Notes under the pieces: model-generated
Seen by the model: the letters and a program-made list of their open reading frames with translations, nothing else
What the model was told of the DNA's origin: nothing
Databases searched by the model: none
Program-made: the position numbers and the translations under genes
Part shown: one piece after another, positions 34,441 through 48,193 of the stretch
How the letters are laid out: each line of letters starts with the position of its first letter
Numbering within the stretch: position 1 is the stretch's first letter
Origin: Nemertoderma westbladi
Taxonomy: Eukaryota > Animalia > Xenacoelomorpha
Length of the DNA stretch: 64,000 nt
Assembly (NCBI GenBank): GCA_032718475.1
Contig: JAUCBJ010001608.1
Location: 1-64,000, forward strand
Direction of reading: 5' to 3'

Positions 34441-35449
34441 TTATTATTCAGAGTTTATGCGATTATTCGCAACATTCATATTCCCCAAGTTTATTCCTAC
34501 AGTAATTGTGTTTGTTATACATACCGTTATAGTTAAACTAACCCCGGTACTATACGGGCTGCTCGGCGTAGGTAAAGACTGGTGATTTTGTGCACCGGTC
34601 ACTCCAGCAGATGCCGTGGTTCTTTTAGCTGTTCAAGTATTTTTAACTACTAATTATTGTTGTACAAGTACTTGTACCTAATTTAGGGTTTAGTGTACAG
34701 TGCTTTCCGAAAGCAATTAGTGTGTAGGCAGTATATTTGTGTTGTAAAGTGGTTAATAGGCACGTTGGTTCTGGTAGACCTCGGTAATTAACTTCTAGAT
34801 AGGGACACTCCGTGATACATAACGTAGTACCTATAGCGATACGGTTATAGGTCGTCAGGCGGTGGTATTTTCCTATCTGGACAACGCAGTATATTTACTA
34901 CTACTTATTATTTTCAAATACCGTAGTAACCTGTCCGTTGTAATAACCAGATATTCTAACCCTTTGTTAGGCTGGTTAGTAGACTTCTTGTAAAATTACC
35001 CTAAAAATTCGTATTTGTGTATTTGTAATTAAAATTTTTGTGTTTATTTAGAGATTGTAATCTCAACCCGAATTGTACGTAATTTGTAGTATTAAGTAAC
35101 TTAGGTAAATTAGAATTATTTGTTTTAGTGTCTAACAAGTAGCACTCCACTGAGAGCGCACAACTTATGTGTAGTGACTCCCCCAGAAATAATAACATTT
35201 ATTTCAAACATTGACAAAACCCATTAAACGGGTATATATATATTATAAATCAACTCAAACGATTTATAAATAGTAGGCCTGCCATACCACAATTAGGTCT
35301 CAATATCAGTTGGACTACTGCTTAAATAACGGTAATAAAGTAAGTTAAAGTAACCAAGAACCCTTAAAATTCAGAAATTCAATTATTCTAAAATAATTGA
35401 CATACCGGTATTTCCAATAGGCTTATTATATTTATTTAAATAAACTTAA

Positions 35450-36986
35450 CCCTATTAAACCCGGGGGGGGGGGGGTCAATATGACCCCCCGTGGTTTTTT
35501 TATTATAATTCTGAAACAAACGCAGTTGGGAATCTGAAATTTTATGACTTTTCCTAAAAATCATTGTCTTCCTATTAGTGTAAACCGTTTTCAAAAATTT
35601 TGGGTAGTTTTCGAGTTATAGGACCATTTTTTAACCCTACTTTTGGCACTTTTTTTGAGACGTTTTTTGAAAATTACATTTCATTAAATATTAATTGTAA
35701 CATCTCTATTTTTGATTACACCGGTTTTTTGGTGTTAGCAATTGGATGGAATTCATATAAATTGATTTATAAATTTCAAACTTGTTTTTTTCGGCGGGTG
35801 CCAAATTTTGGTGCCAGCACCAAATTTTGAAATATTATGTCAATTTTGTAAATTGATTGTTTGTAACTTGTTTTTTACGCAATTGGGGTTTTTTGGGGTT
35901 CTGGTTTCTAAGAAATATATACGAGTTGCACCAAGCGTATCAAACTTGTATTTTTCGGTGCTGTGTGCAAATTTTGGTGCTAGCACGAAATTTTGAAAAT
36001 AAATTCAATAGATAAAATTGCTTGTGACAATTTATTTCTTGCATTTTAGAGGTTTATGGCTTTTCTGAATTCAATAGAATATATAATTATCGAACTAGAC
36101 ATCTCAAACCTGTATTTTTCGGAAGTGGGTGCAAAATGTGGTGCTAGCACCAAATTTTGAAAACCATCACATATATCAATTGATTGTGTCATCTTGTCTC
36201 TTGCGTTATACGAGTTTGTTAGGGTTCTGAATTCAATGGAATCAGTAAAAATTGCATAATAGTTTTCAAACTTACATTTTTCGCCGGTGGGTGAAAATTG
36301 TTGTGCCAGCACCAAATTTTGGAAAATGAGTAAATTGATCAGTAGATAGTATCATCTTGTTTCTTGCGTTATACGGGTTTATGAGGGTCCTGAATTCAAT
36401 GGAATCAATAAAAACAGCACTGGACATCGCAAACTTGTACTTTTTGGTGATGGGTACGAAATTTGGTGCTAGCACCAAAATTTGCCAAATTACGCCGAAA
36501 AATACAAGTAGCAATGATCTAGCATATTTGAAATGTATTCCATTAGAATCAGCGCCCTAGAAAATCTGAAAATGTGAATCTATAGCATCGTATAAGTGAA
36601 TTAAAAACTGGTTACTTGTTTTTTTCATTTTTTTCCTACGCATAGAGGACTAAACAGCCATTTATGGTAATCATATCATTTTTAAATATTTTTCAATGTA
36701 TTTTGCGCCCCAGAAAACCTGTATTGAAAAACAATTAGCCGAAAAATGTAACTTTAAAATTTTGTGAAAATTGTGCACTACTTGTAGTTTTGGTGCTGCA
36801 ATATTACCACCCCAGTACATTTTTTCGAAAATTTTTTTTTCGGTCGGATCCAGACTAGTGATACCTATGTACAAACAAAAAATCAGACGTTTTCGTTAAT
36901 ATTTGTAGATTTTAGAGGGAGGGGTCAATATGACCCCCCCCCCCCCCGGTATTTGTACAACATTTTATAGCCCGGTACTAATAGGG
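35450..36986. mobile_element. Non-autonomous piggyBac-like DNA transposon inserted in the leader of copy B
   Basis: TTAA TSD (35446-35449, 36987-36990); termini CCCTATTA...TAATAGGG; subterminal GGGGTCAATATGACCCC at both ends; absent at the matching site of copy A (~18520). Confidence 0.88.
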
Positions 36987-37447
36987 TTAAGCTGAAATCA
37001 TACCGGTATTCTGTAATTAATTCTAGTTAATAATTATACTTGTATTATATATACTATAAGTGTAAACTGCATACCGGTATCCACGATAGGCCTATTATAT
37101 ATTTATATACTTGTGCTGAAATCATACCGGTATTCTGTAATTAATTCTAGTTAATAATTATACTTGTATTATATATACTATAAGTGTAAACTGCATACCG
37201 GTATCCACGATAGGCCTATTATATATTTATATATATTTGTGCTAAAATTACCTACCGGTATTCTGTGATAAACTAGTCTGTAATAATACTTATATATACT
37301 ATAAGCATACCGGTATACTATTATATTATATATCACGCTACACTGAGTAGCAGTATCGGTAATTAATTACTAGGCTAGCAGTTAATACTGAATTACTAGA
37401 CTTACTTAGACTGTAATAGCAGTAGACATTCAACTGTGTAAACAAAC

Positions 37448-40400
37448 ATGTCTGATACTAAGCAGAACCTGTCAGACAGTTTATTAGATGTAACTATCTG
37501 CGACTCAGATAGAGGTGTAGAACCGTCTAGTCCTAAGTTCAGTTCACCTCCCACTGTGAGGAAGGTCATCCCTCCAGTAGTAATAACAGAACCTAGGCTG
37601 GTCCAACATCGTAGGTCTATCATAGGCACTCGAGCTCAGGTCAAGCGGGACCAAGAAGCAGCGGAACAGCAACAACCCGCGAGCCAAGAACTTATTTCTC
37701 AGCGGCCCGACAGCTCCAGTAGTGAAGATACTGTAGAACTGACACCCGAGCGCGGAGCAAAGATGCGGTTTATTCGGATCCCCTTCTCATCCTTCCTGCA
37801 GCCGTACTCACTAGGTTATTGATCGCGGTGGAAGAACACCAGATCGATTGGGCGAGAAGTAAGCGATCAACTAAAGATAGTTATGAGGGATACACAAGGG
37901 AAGAACTGAAGTCTATGGTCGAGTCGCAATGGAACTTCCCCGGACCCGGACTCCCGTTTGATTTATCAGAAGCTGCCTGGGAAGACATACACCGGATGGG
38001 AGTAGCCAAGGAAACCATCGATCCAGCTGTATGGAAGAGGTCCGCAGCCGGATAAGCACAAGGATTCTTCAGCTCTATGGAGCGAGTAGAAAAACAACTG
38101 TTTCAACAACCTCAAGGACCTCAAGAGCAGGGACAACTGCTTTATCAAGTTAGAGAAAGAATTCTGCGAATTAGGCTAATCTTATCGGCCTTTGAGGAGG
38201 CTTCTAAAAGAAGACAAGACACGTCGTTGCAAGTTGCCGTAAAGACTTGGTTTCAACGGGTGAGTCGCCAGGTTCAAGGAACAGCTCAGTGGAAAGCTCA
38301 GCTGGAGGAGCGCTCAACCCATGGAGAATCAACAGACGCTACTTTTTCCCAAGTGGAAAGTGAAGCGACGTTAGAGAAACCGCATAAGAGGGATGCCATT
38401 GACATCTATCTGTCAGACTATCAGCGTTTCGTAGGTGATGAAGAGTTGAGGAGAAGGTTGGACGGACTTAGCCCTAATAGTGAAGGAGCCCAGCGTGTGT
38501 TGGACGCCATCGATGTGGATATGAGAGCTGCGAACCAAGCTAAATTTGATGAAAGCATCCGCATCACTAAGGTTCAAGAAGAACAAGTAAAGAAAAAACG
38601 TATAGAAGACAGAAAGATAGCAGCAGCGGCAGCAGCAGTGGCAGAAGCAGAAAGAAAAGCGGCAGTGGCAGAGGCAGAAAGAAAAGCGGCCTTGGCAGCT
38701 GCAGTGGCAGAAGCAGAAAGAAAAGCAGCGACAGCAGCAGTGGCAGAAGCAGAAAGAAAGGCGGCAGTGGCAGAGGTAGAAAGAAAAGCGGCCTTGGCAG
38801 CTGCAGTGGCAGAAGCAGAAAGAAAGGCGGCTTTGGCAGCTGCAGTGGCAGAAGCAGAACGAAAGGCGTCTGAAGAGACTGCCCAACTAGAGTTGGAAAA
38901 TCTTCAAGAGAGACAATACAACTTTAATAAACAGTTAACAGCTAGTAATATGCAGATGATGAATCGATCTACTCCCAAAAGACAGGGTTATACATCATCT
39001 GAGGAAGGCGATACCACCGACACTGAAGGCGGAGGAAATCGATCTCGCCTAAGCAGACGTAAAAGAACATCCCACCGTCAAAAATTGCCTGATTTGCCTC
39101 CAGCTGTTAGAAGGCAACTAAATAACACCAACTTAGGTAGTACAGAACCCACAGACCAAATAATTACAATAGAGAGACTCCCTACTATAGTAGATGAGCC
39201 CGAAATAGTTAGGTCTGTTCCCGAAGCCACCCTTTCGGTCGTAGAGACACCTGTACTCCCTGAACCTACCTCTCAATTCCCTTTGCACAGCACTAAGCTA
39301 CCTGTGCCCAGCAGAACAGTCCGTGAGACAGTTCATGCCCTGGACTCCGAGCGAAATATCCATGATTTGTCGCCCGTTGTCCCTCGTCCGCCCGCTACAA
39401 CGTTGGCGAATCCCGCTTCGGCGGTTGAATGGGTGGATGAGAGACGACGGGGGATGGATCTCCTGCTCGGACAGATGCAGGAGACCGTTCAGCAATTCAA
39501 GGGCACAGTAAGGGAAAGTAGGCTAGAGTTGCAAGAAGTGCAGCATAGTATCGCGCTAGAACGCGATAAATTAGTAAATGCACAAAAGGGTATACCACCA
39601 CCCCCTGTAACCATGTGTCAACCTGTTAGGTCTGAAGTATCTCATGCGCAAGGTGTGGAGCCTACACGCATCTATACTGCTAGCGAAGTAGAAACTCCTA
39701 TAGTGAACCCTATTAAGGGTAATTATAGACCTGTTGATAATGATATTCCCTATAGACCGGATCATAATCCAAGAAATTTATATACCGATAACTCGATATT
39801 AAATAACACGATGGCCCAAGAAAGTTTTACGCGTCAAATGGCTAGAACCGAAGCCCGGCAAGCGGTAAAGGTGGGAGAGATCGTCAAGTTCAATGGAGAT
39901 GAGATGAAATGGTTACCTTTTAATGAATATTACAAAGATAACATACAGAACTCTGTGCTATCTAATGGAGAGAAACTTAGATTCCTCATAGAGTGCTTGG
40001 AAGGATCTCCCAAGTTAATGGCGTTAAAGTTTATTGGACATCCAGACGGATTAAGACAAGTTTGGGATACACTAAACATCAGGTATGGTAATAGGAATAA
40101 CATAGCTGGGTATTTGTATGCAAAGTTGGTAGCGCCCCGAAAGTTTATTAGCAGCGGAATTATAGAGTTTTCCGATGAGATTCAGGAGATCTGCAGGCAA
40201 TTAGATTGGCTAGGTAAGTCTCATGAGTATCAGAATGCTATGGTTATTAGAGCAGTGGCTTCTACTTTACCGAAGGGTGGAGTAGGTACACGCTGGGATA
40301 AGAAAGTGCTATATATGATGGAACAACAACGACGAGACCCTACCATGGCTGATCTCATGTCATTCCTAGATGGAGAAGTGAAATTACAGCTCCTGAAACT

Positions 40401-43400
40401 GTCCAGAGAGAAGACACCGGAAAACAAGGTAAGTGAAAAACCCGTCGCTCGGAGAAAGGTAACACCAGTGTGTTATACAGATGATGGCGAAAGCCAGACT
40501 TCTCAAGGAGAAGATAGCGGGAAAGACACTGTTAGATCTTATTACGTAAATAAAATGCCTAAAGATCAGGTAAGTAAATTCAAGTCTCGAACAAATGACA
40601 GGAGAGAACAGGTAAGAAAAACTCCTCCTACGTCTCCCAAGAGAATTCAGGTGAGAAAGCCCGAAGAAAAAGCAAGTGTACACAATGTCACTCAGAGTAA
40701 GGTAAGTAACATCAAACCGAAATGTGCGCTATGTGATGGGACCCATCGCTTAAATATGTGTGATGAATTTCTAAAGAAATCATTAACTGAGAGACGTGAA
40801 GTCATGTGGGACAAGCGGTTGTGCTATAATTGCCTCAGACAAGGACACCAACGGCGAACCTGTTACTCTGACACAAGATGTGCCAAGTGCGGTGCGAAAC
40901 ATCATATCTTGTTGCACACTGAATTCGAGCGAAATAGTCCGAGTCAGGTAAGTGATTCCGAACTACATGTCCAATTCAGTGATGTGAACGACACTGATCA
41001 ATCTGAGATGGAAGGATTCTATACGGACGAGTTCTCCGACGAAGACGAATCCTGTTACATGATAAATACCACAGTGTATCGAGCACTCATCTATGAAAAA
41101 GATACAGACATTGACCTCGCTCTAACCACTTCTGATCGACAACCATTTTGGAAAGCGCCAACTTCCAATGTAGGGATTAGAGAATTTCCTGTGGTACAGG
41201 TAAGGGTCCACGGACCAAAAAGGAGTTATGTAGTGAATGCCCTCCTTGATTCCGGTAGTACAGGAACATTCATCGACAAAGAGCTAGCCGAAGACATATT
41301 CGATGGACAACCCAAGTTCCGAACTAAGCTAAACATGTCAGGAATTATGCAAGTTTGGAAATCCACAGTAACAGCAGATTATTATGTAGGTGCGTTGTCC
41401 ACCCCCCAGGACGAACTAGGAGAACATAGCATAAGGTCAGTGAAAATGGTGGCTATAAAGAACTTCGCTACTACTCAAGCAGACCTTTATAATTGGGACG
41501 AGGATGAGAGCATCCAACATCTCAAGATACCTCGATTCCAGACAGATTATCCTGGAGTGCAAATACTCATCGGTCAAAATGCGCATGAAGCGCTCGAGAC
41601 ATTAGAGAAACGACCTGCTCAACCGCAACCTCTACAAGTTTATGCGGGAAGAACTAGAGTAGGTTGGTACTTTACTGGCCCTTCCCGTAGAACTCTAATG
41701 GAAAGATTACCTAAAGAGCAGGTATACCAAGCACGAGAATGGGAAGTTGAGAACAGAGAGTTCGACGATCCAACTGAGGGAACTCCATACTCCTCAGACA
41801 ACGACGATATACATCAACTTTTTGATGAGGAAAATGCCATCGATCTCCTTAAGGAAAGCGAGACTTGGCAAAATCAAGTGAACTTATGTCAACTCCTTCA
41901 CCCATCTGAGCGAGACGACTATAACGACGAGCTTAATGACGTCATTGAACGTTATAACGCCAAGACTCGGGATGAACATGCCGTGAGATTCTTTACTCAA
42001 GAGGTCGTAGAGCCCAACTCCTACGATAAGGCCCTATCGGTGGAGGAAGAAAGAGCCAAGCAGATCCAAGCGACAACTACTCGTTGTCTTAAAGATCAAG
42101 GTAGGTATGAGATCGGACTTCCTTTCCGAAAGCGAGAACCAAAGTTCATTAACAACAGACCTTTGGCAGAGAAAAGAATTGCTCAACTACATCGACGCCT
42201 TACGGCAAATTCTTCAGCTAAAGAAATGTATAAAACACAGTTGAAGAAGTTTATTAGCAAGGGATATGCGGAGCTAGTACCGGAAGAAACTCCTATAACT
42301 GAGAGAACGTATTATTTAACTCACCATTACGTTCCCAAACCCGGTAAACCCCATGAAGTACGAGTGGTGTTCGACGGCTCCGCCCTCTATATGGGCCAAT
42401 CCCTTAATTCTGAATTGTTACCCGGACCCAACTTACTCCAATCCTTGTTGGGAATATTATTAAGGTAAGACAATACTCCATTGCTTTCGCCTCAGATATA
42501 GAAGGCATGTTCTTACAAGTCAAAGCGCTGGATAGGGATCGAGATAGTCTACGATTTTTGTGGTGGCCTGAAAGAGACCTCAATAAGAAACCGGTGGAGT
42601 ACTGGATGACCATCCAAGCCTTTGGGATAATCTCGAGCCCTTCAAACGCCTGTTCCGTGGTACGCACCACTGCGGATGACAACCGAGACACCTTCTCTAA
42701 AGAAGTGATCGACAATATTAAACGAGACATCTACATGGACGATAATCTGAAGTCCCTTCCATCAGTCGAAGAAGCCATTGAGGTCGCAAAGGGAACGGTA
42801 GAATGCTTAAAGAAAGGTGGATTTCGATTAACTAAATTCACCAGCAACTCTCGTGAGTTTCTGGAGTCGATCCCGGTAGAAGATCGAGGAACAAAAGACA
42901 TAGATCTAATAAAGGATGATCTCCCAGAAACTAAGACCCTTGGTTTGAAATGGGACACAGAAAGAGATATCCTGTTTTTCCAACTAAAACAGCGAGATAA
43001 TCCAGTTCGGACTAAACGGATATGTTTAAGTATCCTGAGCACTTATTTCGACCCATTGGGATTTATTAGCCCAGTTATATTAATTGCTCGGAGTTTAGTA
43101 CAACAAATGTGGCTTGAAAACCACTCATGGGACGATCCACTTAAGGGAGAATTATTAAAGAAGTGGATGAAATGGGAAGATTCTCTACCAGCCATCGAAA
43201 ACTTCATAATTTCCCGTTCATATTTTGGTCATGTTCTCCCTACGTATTCATATCAACTCCATGTGTTTGGAGACGCCAGCGATATGGGAATCGGTATAGT
43301 AGCCTACCTAAGGGTGGAAACTTCGGATGGAATTAAAGTCGCCTTGGTTACCTCTAAGGCATTAATAAACAACAAGTTGAAAGTTCCTCGAGCGGAGTTA

Positions 43401-45617
43401 AAAGCGGCTCTATACGCTACAGCCATCGGCCGGAATGTAACAGAACAGATCGACTATCCTCTGGAGAAAACTGTCTATTGGACCGACGCTTTACTCGTGT
43501 TGGAGTATATAACCAATGAAGTCTGTCAGTTCAGCGTCTTCGTTACCAACAGAGTAGCTATTATACTCAGTCGCACGACGATGGATCAATGGAGACATTG
43601 CCCCGGAACGATTAATCCAGCAGACATCGCTTCCAGGGGAGCAACTCCACAAGAACTGGTAGATACTCCAGACTGGTTAGGTGGACCCGACTTCCTCTAC
43701 AAAGAAGAAGAAGAATGGCCTCCTCATCTTACTACAGCAGAAATTAGACAGAACAAGGGAGCGGAGAAAGTCAAACCTAAAACTCAGGCGAGTAAATCGA
43801 AGTTATTCAAACCCACAGTGGATCTGTCTGTACTACATACTTCCGGAGACGACGCTTTGGATCAGAAACCCACAGCCACAAATAAACTCGTTGTGGAAAT
43901 CCGTGATAAGGATTGGAAATCTGGCATACCTGACATCTCGCAAGGACTCTCACCTCTCCTGCAGAGAGCGATACATCACTACAGTTCTTGGAATCAGCTC
44001 TGTAAGGCCGTTACATATTTAAAGAGATGTTTTCACCATCACTACTCTGGGATGAAAACAAAGGGTGATACCGCTCCAATCATATCAGTGCAGGTCCATG
44101 TTATTAAAGATCTCCCTAAATATAAGGTACCCGACAAGTTTCTGAAGGAGAAGATCAGTTATCAGGAGCATGAAGAAACCAACAAACAGTTGCTGAGACT
44201 CTTACAATGCTATGAAGATTCCGATAAGTATTTCCTGTTGTTGAGAAATCCACAGATGCGCCTAAGGGATCGTTTCTCTAGCACAATGATAGATGGGTTG
44301 ATACGTGTTGGAGGAAGGTTAACGAATGCACCATTATCCTTTGATACTAAGTTCCCCATACTCATTAGAAATCTTGAAATACAAGTCAAGATGATTGTAG
44401 ATGTTCACAGCAAACTTTATCATGCTGGTAGAGAACGAGTTCTTAGCGAAATTCGAACTCGCTATTATTTTTACAAACCCCGTAGAGCTCTGAACCAAGT
44501 TCTTAGGAACTGTATACCCTGTAGGAAAGCATTCAGTAGGCCTTTAACACAGAGAGAGGCAGAATTACCTAGGGAACGAGTAAGCTTTTATGAACCACCC
44601 TTTACTAATACCGGTGTGGATTTATTTGGCCCTATTGAAGTATATCGTGCTAGGACTATAGTCAAGAGATGGTGTGTAATCTTTGTTTGTATGACTTGTA
44701 GAGCCATCCATCTCGATATGGTGAACGATTTATCTACCAACAGCTTTCTATTAAGCTTACGACGACAGATCGCTCGCTTTGGCACTAGTAACACGATGAG
44801 ATCTGATAAGGGAACAAACTTCATTGGTGCCAACAATGAAATCAAAGCTTACGTCAAAGATTGGAACCAAAGACAGGTGGACGACCAACTACGAGTAACA
44901 GCGTCTAGTTGGACCTTCAACGCCGCCGACGCCCCTTGGTGGGGAGGAAGTTGGGAGAGATTAATAAGAAGCGTGAAGACAGCATTTCATTTTATAGTGC
45001 CTTGCCGCGCTTATCTCACCGATGAACTTTTGCGGACGTTAATGGAAGAAATCGCCGCCTATCTCAACGAGAGACCGCTTATGCCAGTCTCATCGAGTCC
45101 CGATTCCCTGGAAGCGCTAACACCCGCGCACTTCCTACTGAAGAAACCTGTAGCCATGCTCCCACAATCGGAAATCACAGACGGAGACGAATACTGCCGA
45201 CAAACTTGGCAACTCATGCAGTTGTTATCCCGTCGTTTCGCTGACCATTTCGAAAAACATTATCTGCCCACGCTACAACTTCGAACTAAGTGGTTTGCGC
45301 AGCAAGAAAACGTCAGCGCCGGAGACATGGTGCTTATTGTGGATGTGGATCTTCCACGTAAGCGGTGGCAGACAGGTCGTATCATCGAGACTCACATCTC
45401 GGATGACGGTTTGGTGCGATCGGTAGAACTCGTCGTCATGCGACGTAACTTCAAGAAACCGGGAATTGTCTTCAAGACGCAGCAGCTCAATCGCCCGGTG
45501 GGACGTTTATGTTTACTGGAAAGAGACAGAGAACTCTCCGGAAACTATGGGAGACAAGATACCCTTCCCACGACCACCTCCCTAATCCAACAAACATCTA
45601 GGGACTCCCCAACTTAA
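37448..45617 (+). pseudogene. BEL/Pao gag-pol of copy B, ancestrally one ORF of about 2700 aa with three lesions
   Basis: KFNGD Gag; CALCDGTH/CYNCLRQGH/CAKCGAKHH knuckles; LLDSGS protease; YMDD RT; FGDAS RNase H; GVDLFGP/SDKGTNF/PWWGGSWE integrase. Lesions: 7-bp deletion ~37765, TAA 38053-38055, 1-nt frameshift ~42465. Confidence 0.93.
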
Positions 45618-46993
45618 AAACGGCTGGAGTGGGTGTGTGACCATATTATTTATATTTGTATTTGTTTTATTTTTATATTTATGTATGTATTATTATGTAA
45701 TTTTATTTTAATCGTTTTATTTAATTTTATTTAGTAGTATGGTATTTTAGAGATTATTTAGTAGATTAGTGCAATATATATTCGCGTTTATTATTTAATT
45801 ACGTATATTATATATTTAGTGCGACGGCGAGAAATAATTTTTTCTCTTTCCTTACTGCCCGTATTACGTTATCAATACGTGACTACAGTAAGATTTAATC
45901 TTCGTACTTATTAAAGTACAATAAAGCCACTACTATATTCAAGTATTATTGGTAGGCAGAGTATTAGGAATGCAAAGTTCAGATCCTCGTGTCTCGGCTA
46001 AACCAAGCTCTGGGTAGACCTTGGAAACGACTTGCCTCTTCACACTGACATTGCTTCGTGCGATATTGCTCTCATACCGTATATTAAATAATACATATAG
46101 TAGCGTGATGTCCCTTTAACAGTAGCGTATAACGCAAAATAAATCTGTTAAACCCTTTGACCATCTGTAATTCTAGTCGATTAAGATATCGCGGCACCCA
46201 CCGATATACTTGAAAGACAAATTTCTAGAATCAGTGGTTAACGTCCCCAGACAAGTTCTGGAATAAACTGGTGCCCATCCTAAATATTAATTATTAATAT
46301 TTACAAAAATCTGTCAAATATCAGATCCTTTAAAATTCTAGATATTAAATAAGAATTATAATAAATTAAGATATCGTAGCATTTACCGATATTCTTAAAA
46401 GGACAAAATTCCTAGAATCAAGGATCCCAGTCCCCAGACACGTTCTGGAATAAAATTGTGTCTATTTAACATTAAATAATAAAATTTACGGGAATAAATT
46501 TAAATTCATATATTTCAATGAATTTAATAAATTGTAATTTTATACAATTTATAACATTCCCAAAATTCCATTAATTAATAGATCATGGGAGCGGAGATTC
46601 ACTTTATTAAGTGTATTTGTGTGCGAGAATCTCCCATGCATAGTCAATAGCCGATAAAATTCATAGAATCATGTATAAAGGGGATATTGACCATTAAAGA
46701 ATTACTATTAAATAGCATCCCAGATCTGTATGCATGAGAATTACCCTGATTCTACCGCTAGCTTTCCATAATGTCACCATGGCAACAACCACGCTAGAAT
46801 TAGAAGTGAGTTAAAAGAACAATGGAAAGCATGCCCCATTGGATAGCATAGGGAATAAATAGCGCACTGCTAGTATCCAAGGATACATAATAAATACAGT
46901 GACATTTTGGAAGGCACTGACTTTGGTAGGCAGCGACGCCCGCTAGCCTAATATATATAAACTCATTATAATATTGATAAACTCATAGCAGAT

Positions 46994-47392
46994 ATGACTG
47001 AGGTGATAGAAGATGATCTTGGCATCAGGGAGAGATATACTCTACCTTTACAAGCGTTTGTCGATAGCTTGATACGCGGCGACGCTGGTCCAACTACTAC
47101 GGAGGATGATGGTCGTTATATCGAACCGTCGATGTCCCCGGAGCAACTTACGCGTGAATTGGACTATAGAAAGTTCACCGCTCGCTACACGCATCGTAAT
47201 GGTACGTATATGGACTTCTTAACTACCGGCCACCCTATCGATTTACACGATACGGACGATGTGGATACCGAAAGGGAAATGGTTTTATTTAAATATCATA
47301 CCCAACGGAATCGGAACAATAAACCGAGAATAGAACATGAGAACTCTATTCGAAATCAGCTCGAAAGAAAGAACGTGGATGAAAGCTTGTAA
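46994..47392 (+). CDS. Small acidic accessory ORF (132 aa), probably a spliced exon (copy B)
   Basis: Conserved with A 4611..4988; GT..AG segment 46926-46991 just upstream. Confidence 0.65.
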   Translation: MTEVIEDDLGIRERYTLPLQAFVDSLIRGDAGPTTTEDDGRYIEPSMSPEQLTRELDYRKFTARYTHRNGTYMDFLTTGHPIDLHDTDDVDTEREMVLFKYHTQRNRNNKPRIEHENSIRNQLERKNVDESL

Positions 47393-48193
47393 AGACAAAT
47401 ATAGGAGAACCACTGGAGAAGAGACGTGTGTTAATGTCCAGGGTCCATAATGTGAATAGTTTTCCCCGGGGCATGGGTGCTCGCGGGCGGTCTCCTTCGG
47501 GAGGCTGTAAATTTCTCTTCCCTCATCGTTTTCTTGTAATTCTTGTGATCAGTGTCACAATTAAAAGACAAGAATGAATGATGACGTCCAAAAAACGTCG
47601 GAAAACTGGTCCATTGTGGTATCTTATGGATACTACCCTATATCCTCCCTCCTCTTTACTCCCTTTATCCCTCTATACATCGCTATTGAAAATACAACCC
47701 ACTTCGTCACACCTTCTCTTCCCAATGCGCTCGGAACTTTGGGAGACGATCGACCAATCCTAGTTGTATCGTGGTATGGATCATACCACCTCTTAATAAA
47801 CCTCCCATCCCTTACTGTTAATCTGGATGCTCATATTGGTGTCCGCATCTCCTATTCATGTCACACCCTGTTGATATTTATGATATCAACTTCCACCCTC
47901 TCGTTGTTGATTAGAAAATCAACCACCAATGATTTCCTTAAGTCCACAACCGTGATACAAGGACTGAAAGGACACGCGGATAGTTTGTGAACAACTGGTA
48001 CCATTATGTGTCATAAATCTGGTTGTTCACCCCCTAATCACTGGGGATAAATTCATTTGGAGATAGTCATCGAATGATGCAATCCTCCTACTGAGATCGT
48101 ATTTCGGAATATTTCTGAATACGACATAGGTCTTCCCCTGCTCTCTACCACTACCATCAATGGAAGACATATTAGGCATACGACTTTCGGAAT

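Noticed and set aside
38413-38886. Cys-rich antisense ORF
   Set aside because: Antisense shadow of the Ala-rich GCA repeat in gag
42460-42510. Possible programmed gag/pol frameshift in copy B
   Set aside because: The break falls inside the RT domain (LLGILLR/xRQYSIAFASDI) with no slippery heptamer; a 1-nt deletion or sequencing error is simpler
47574-47990. 138-aa hydrophobic ORF as a membrane accessory protein
   Set aside because: Copy A has a stop in this frame and the A/B differences are mostly non-synonymous in it
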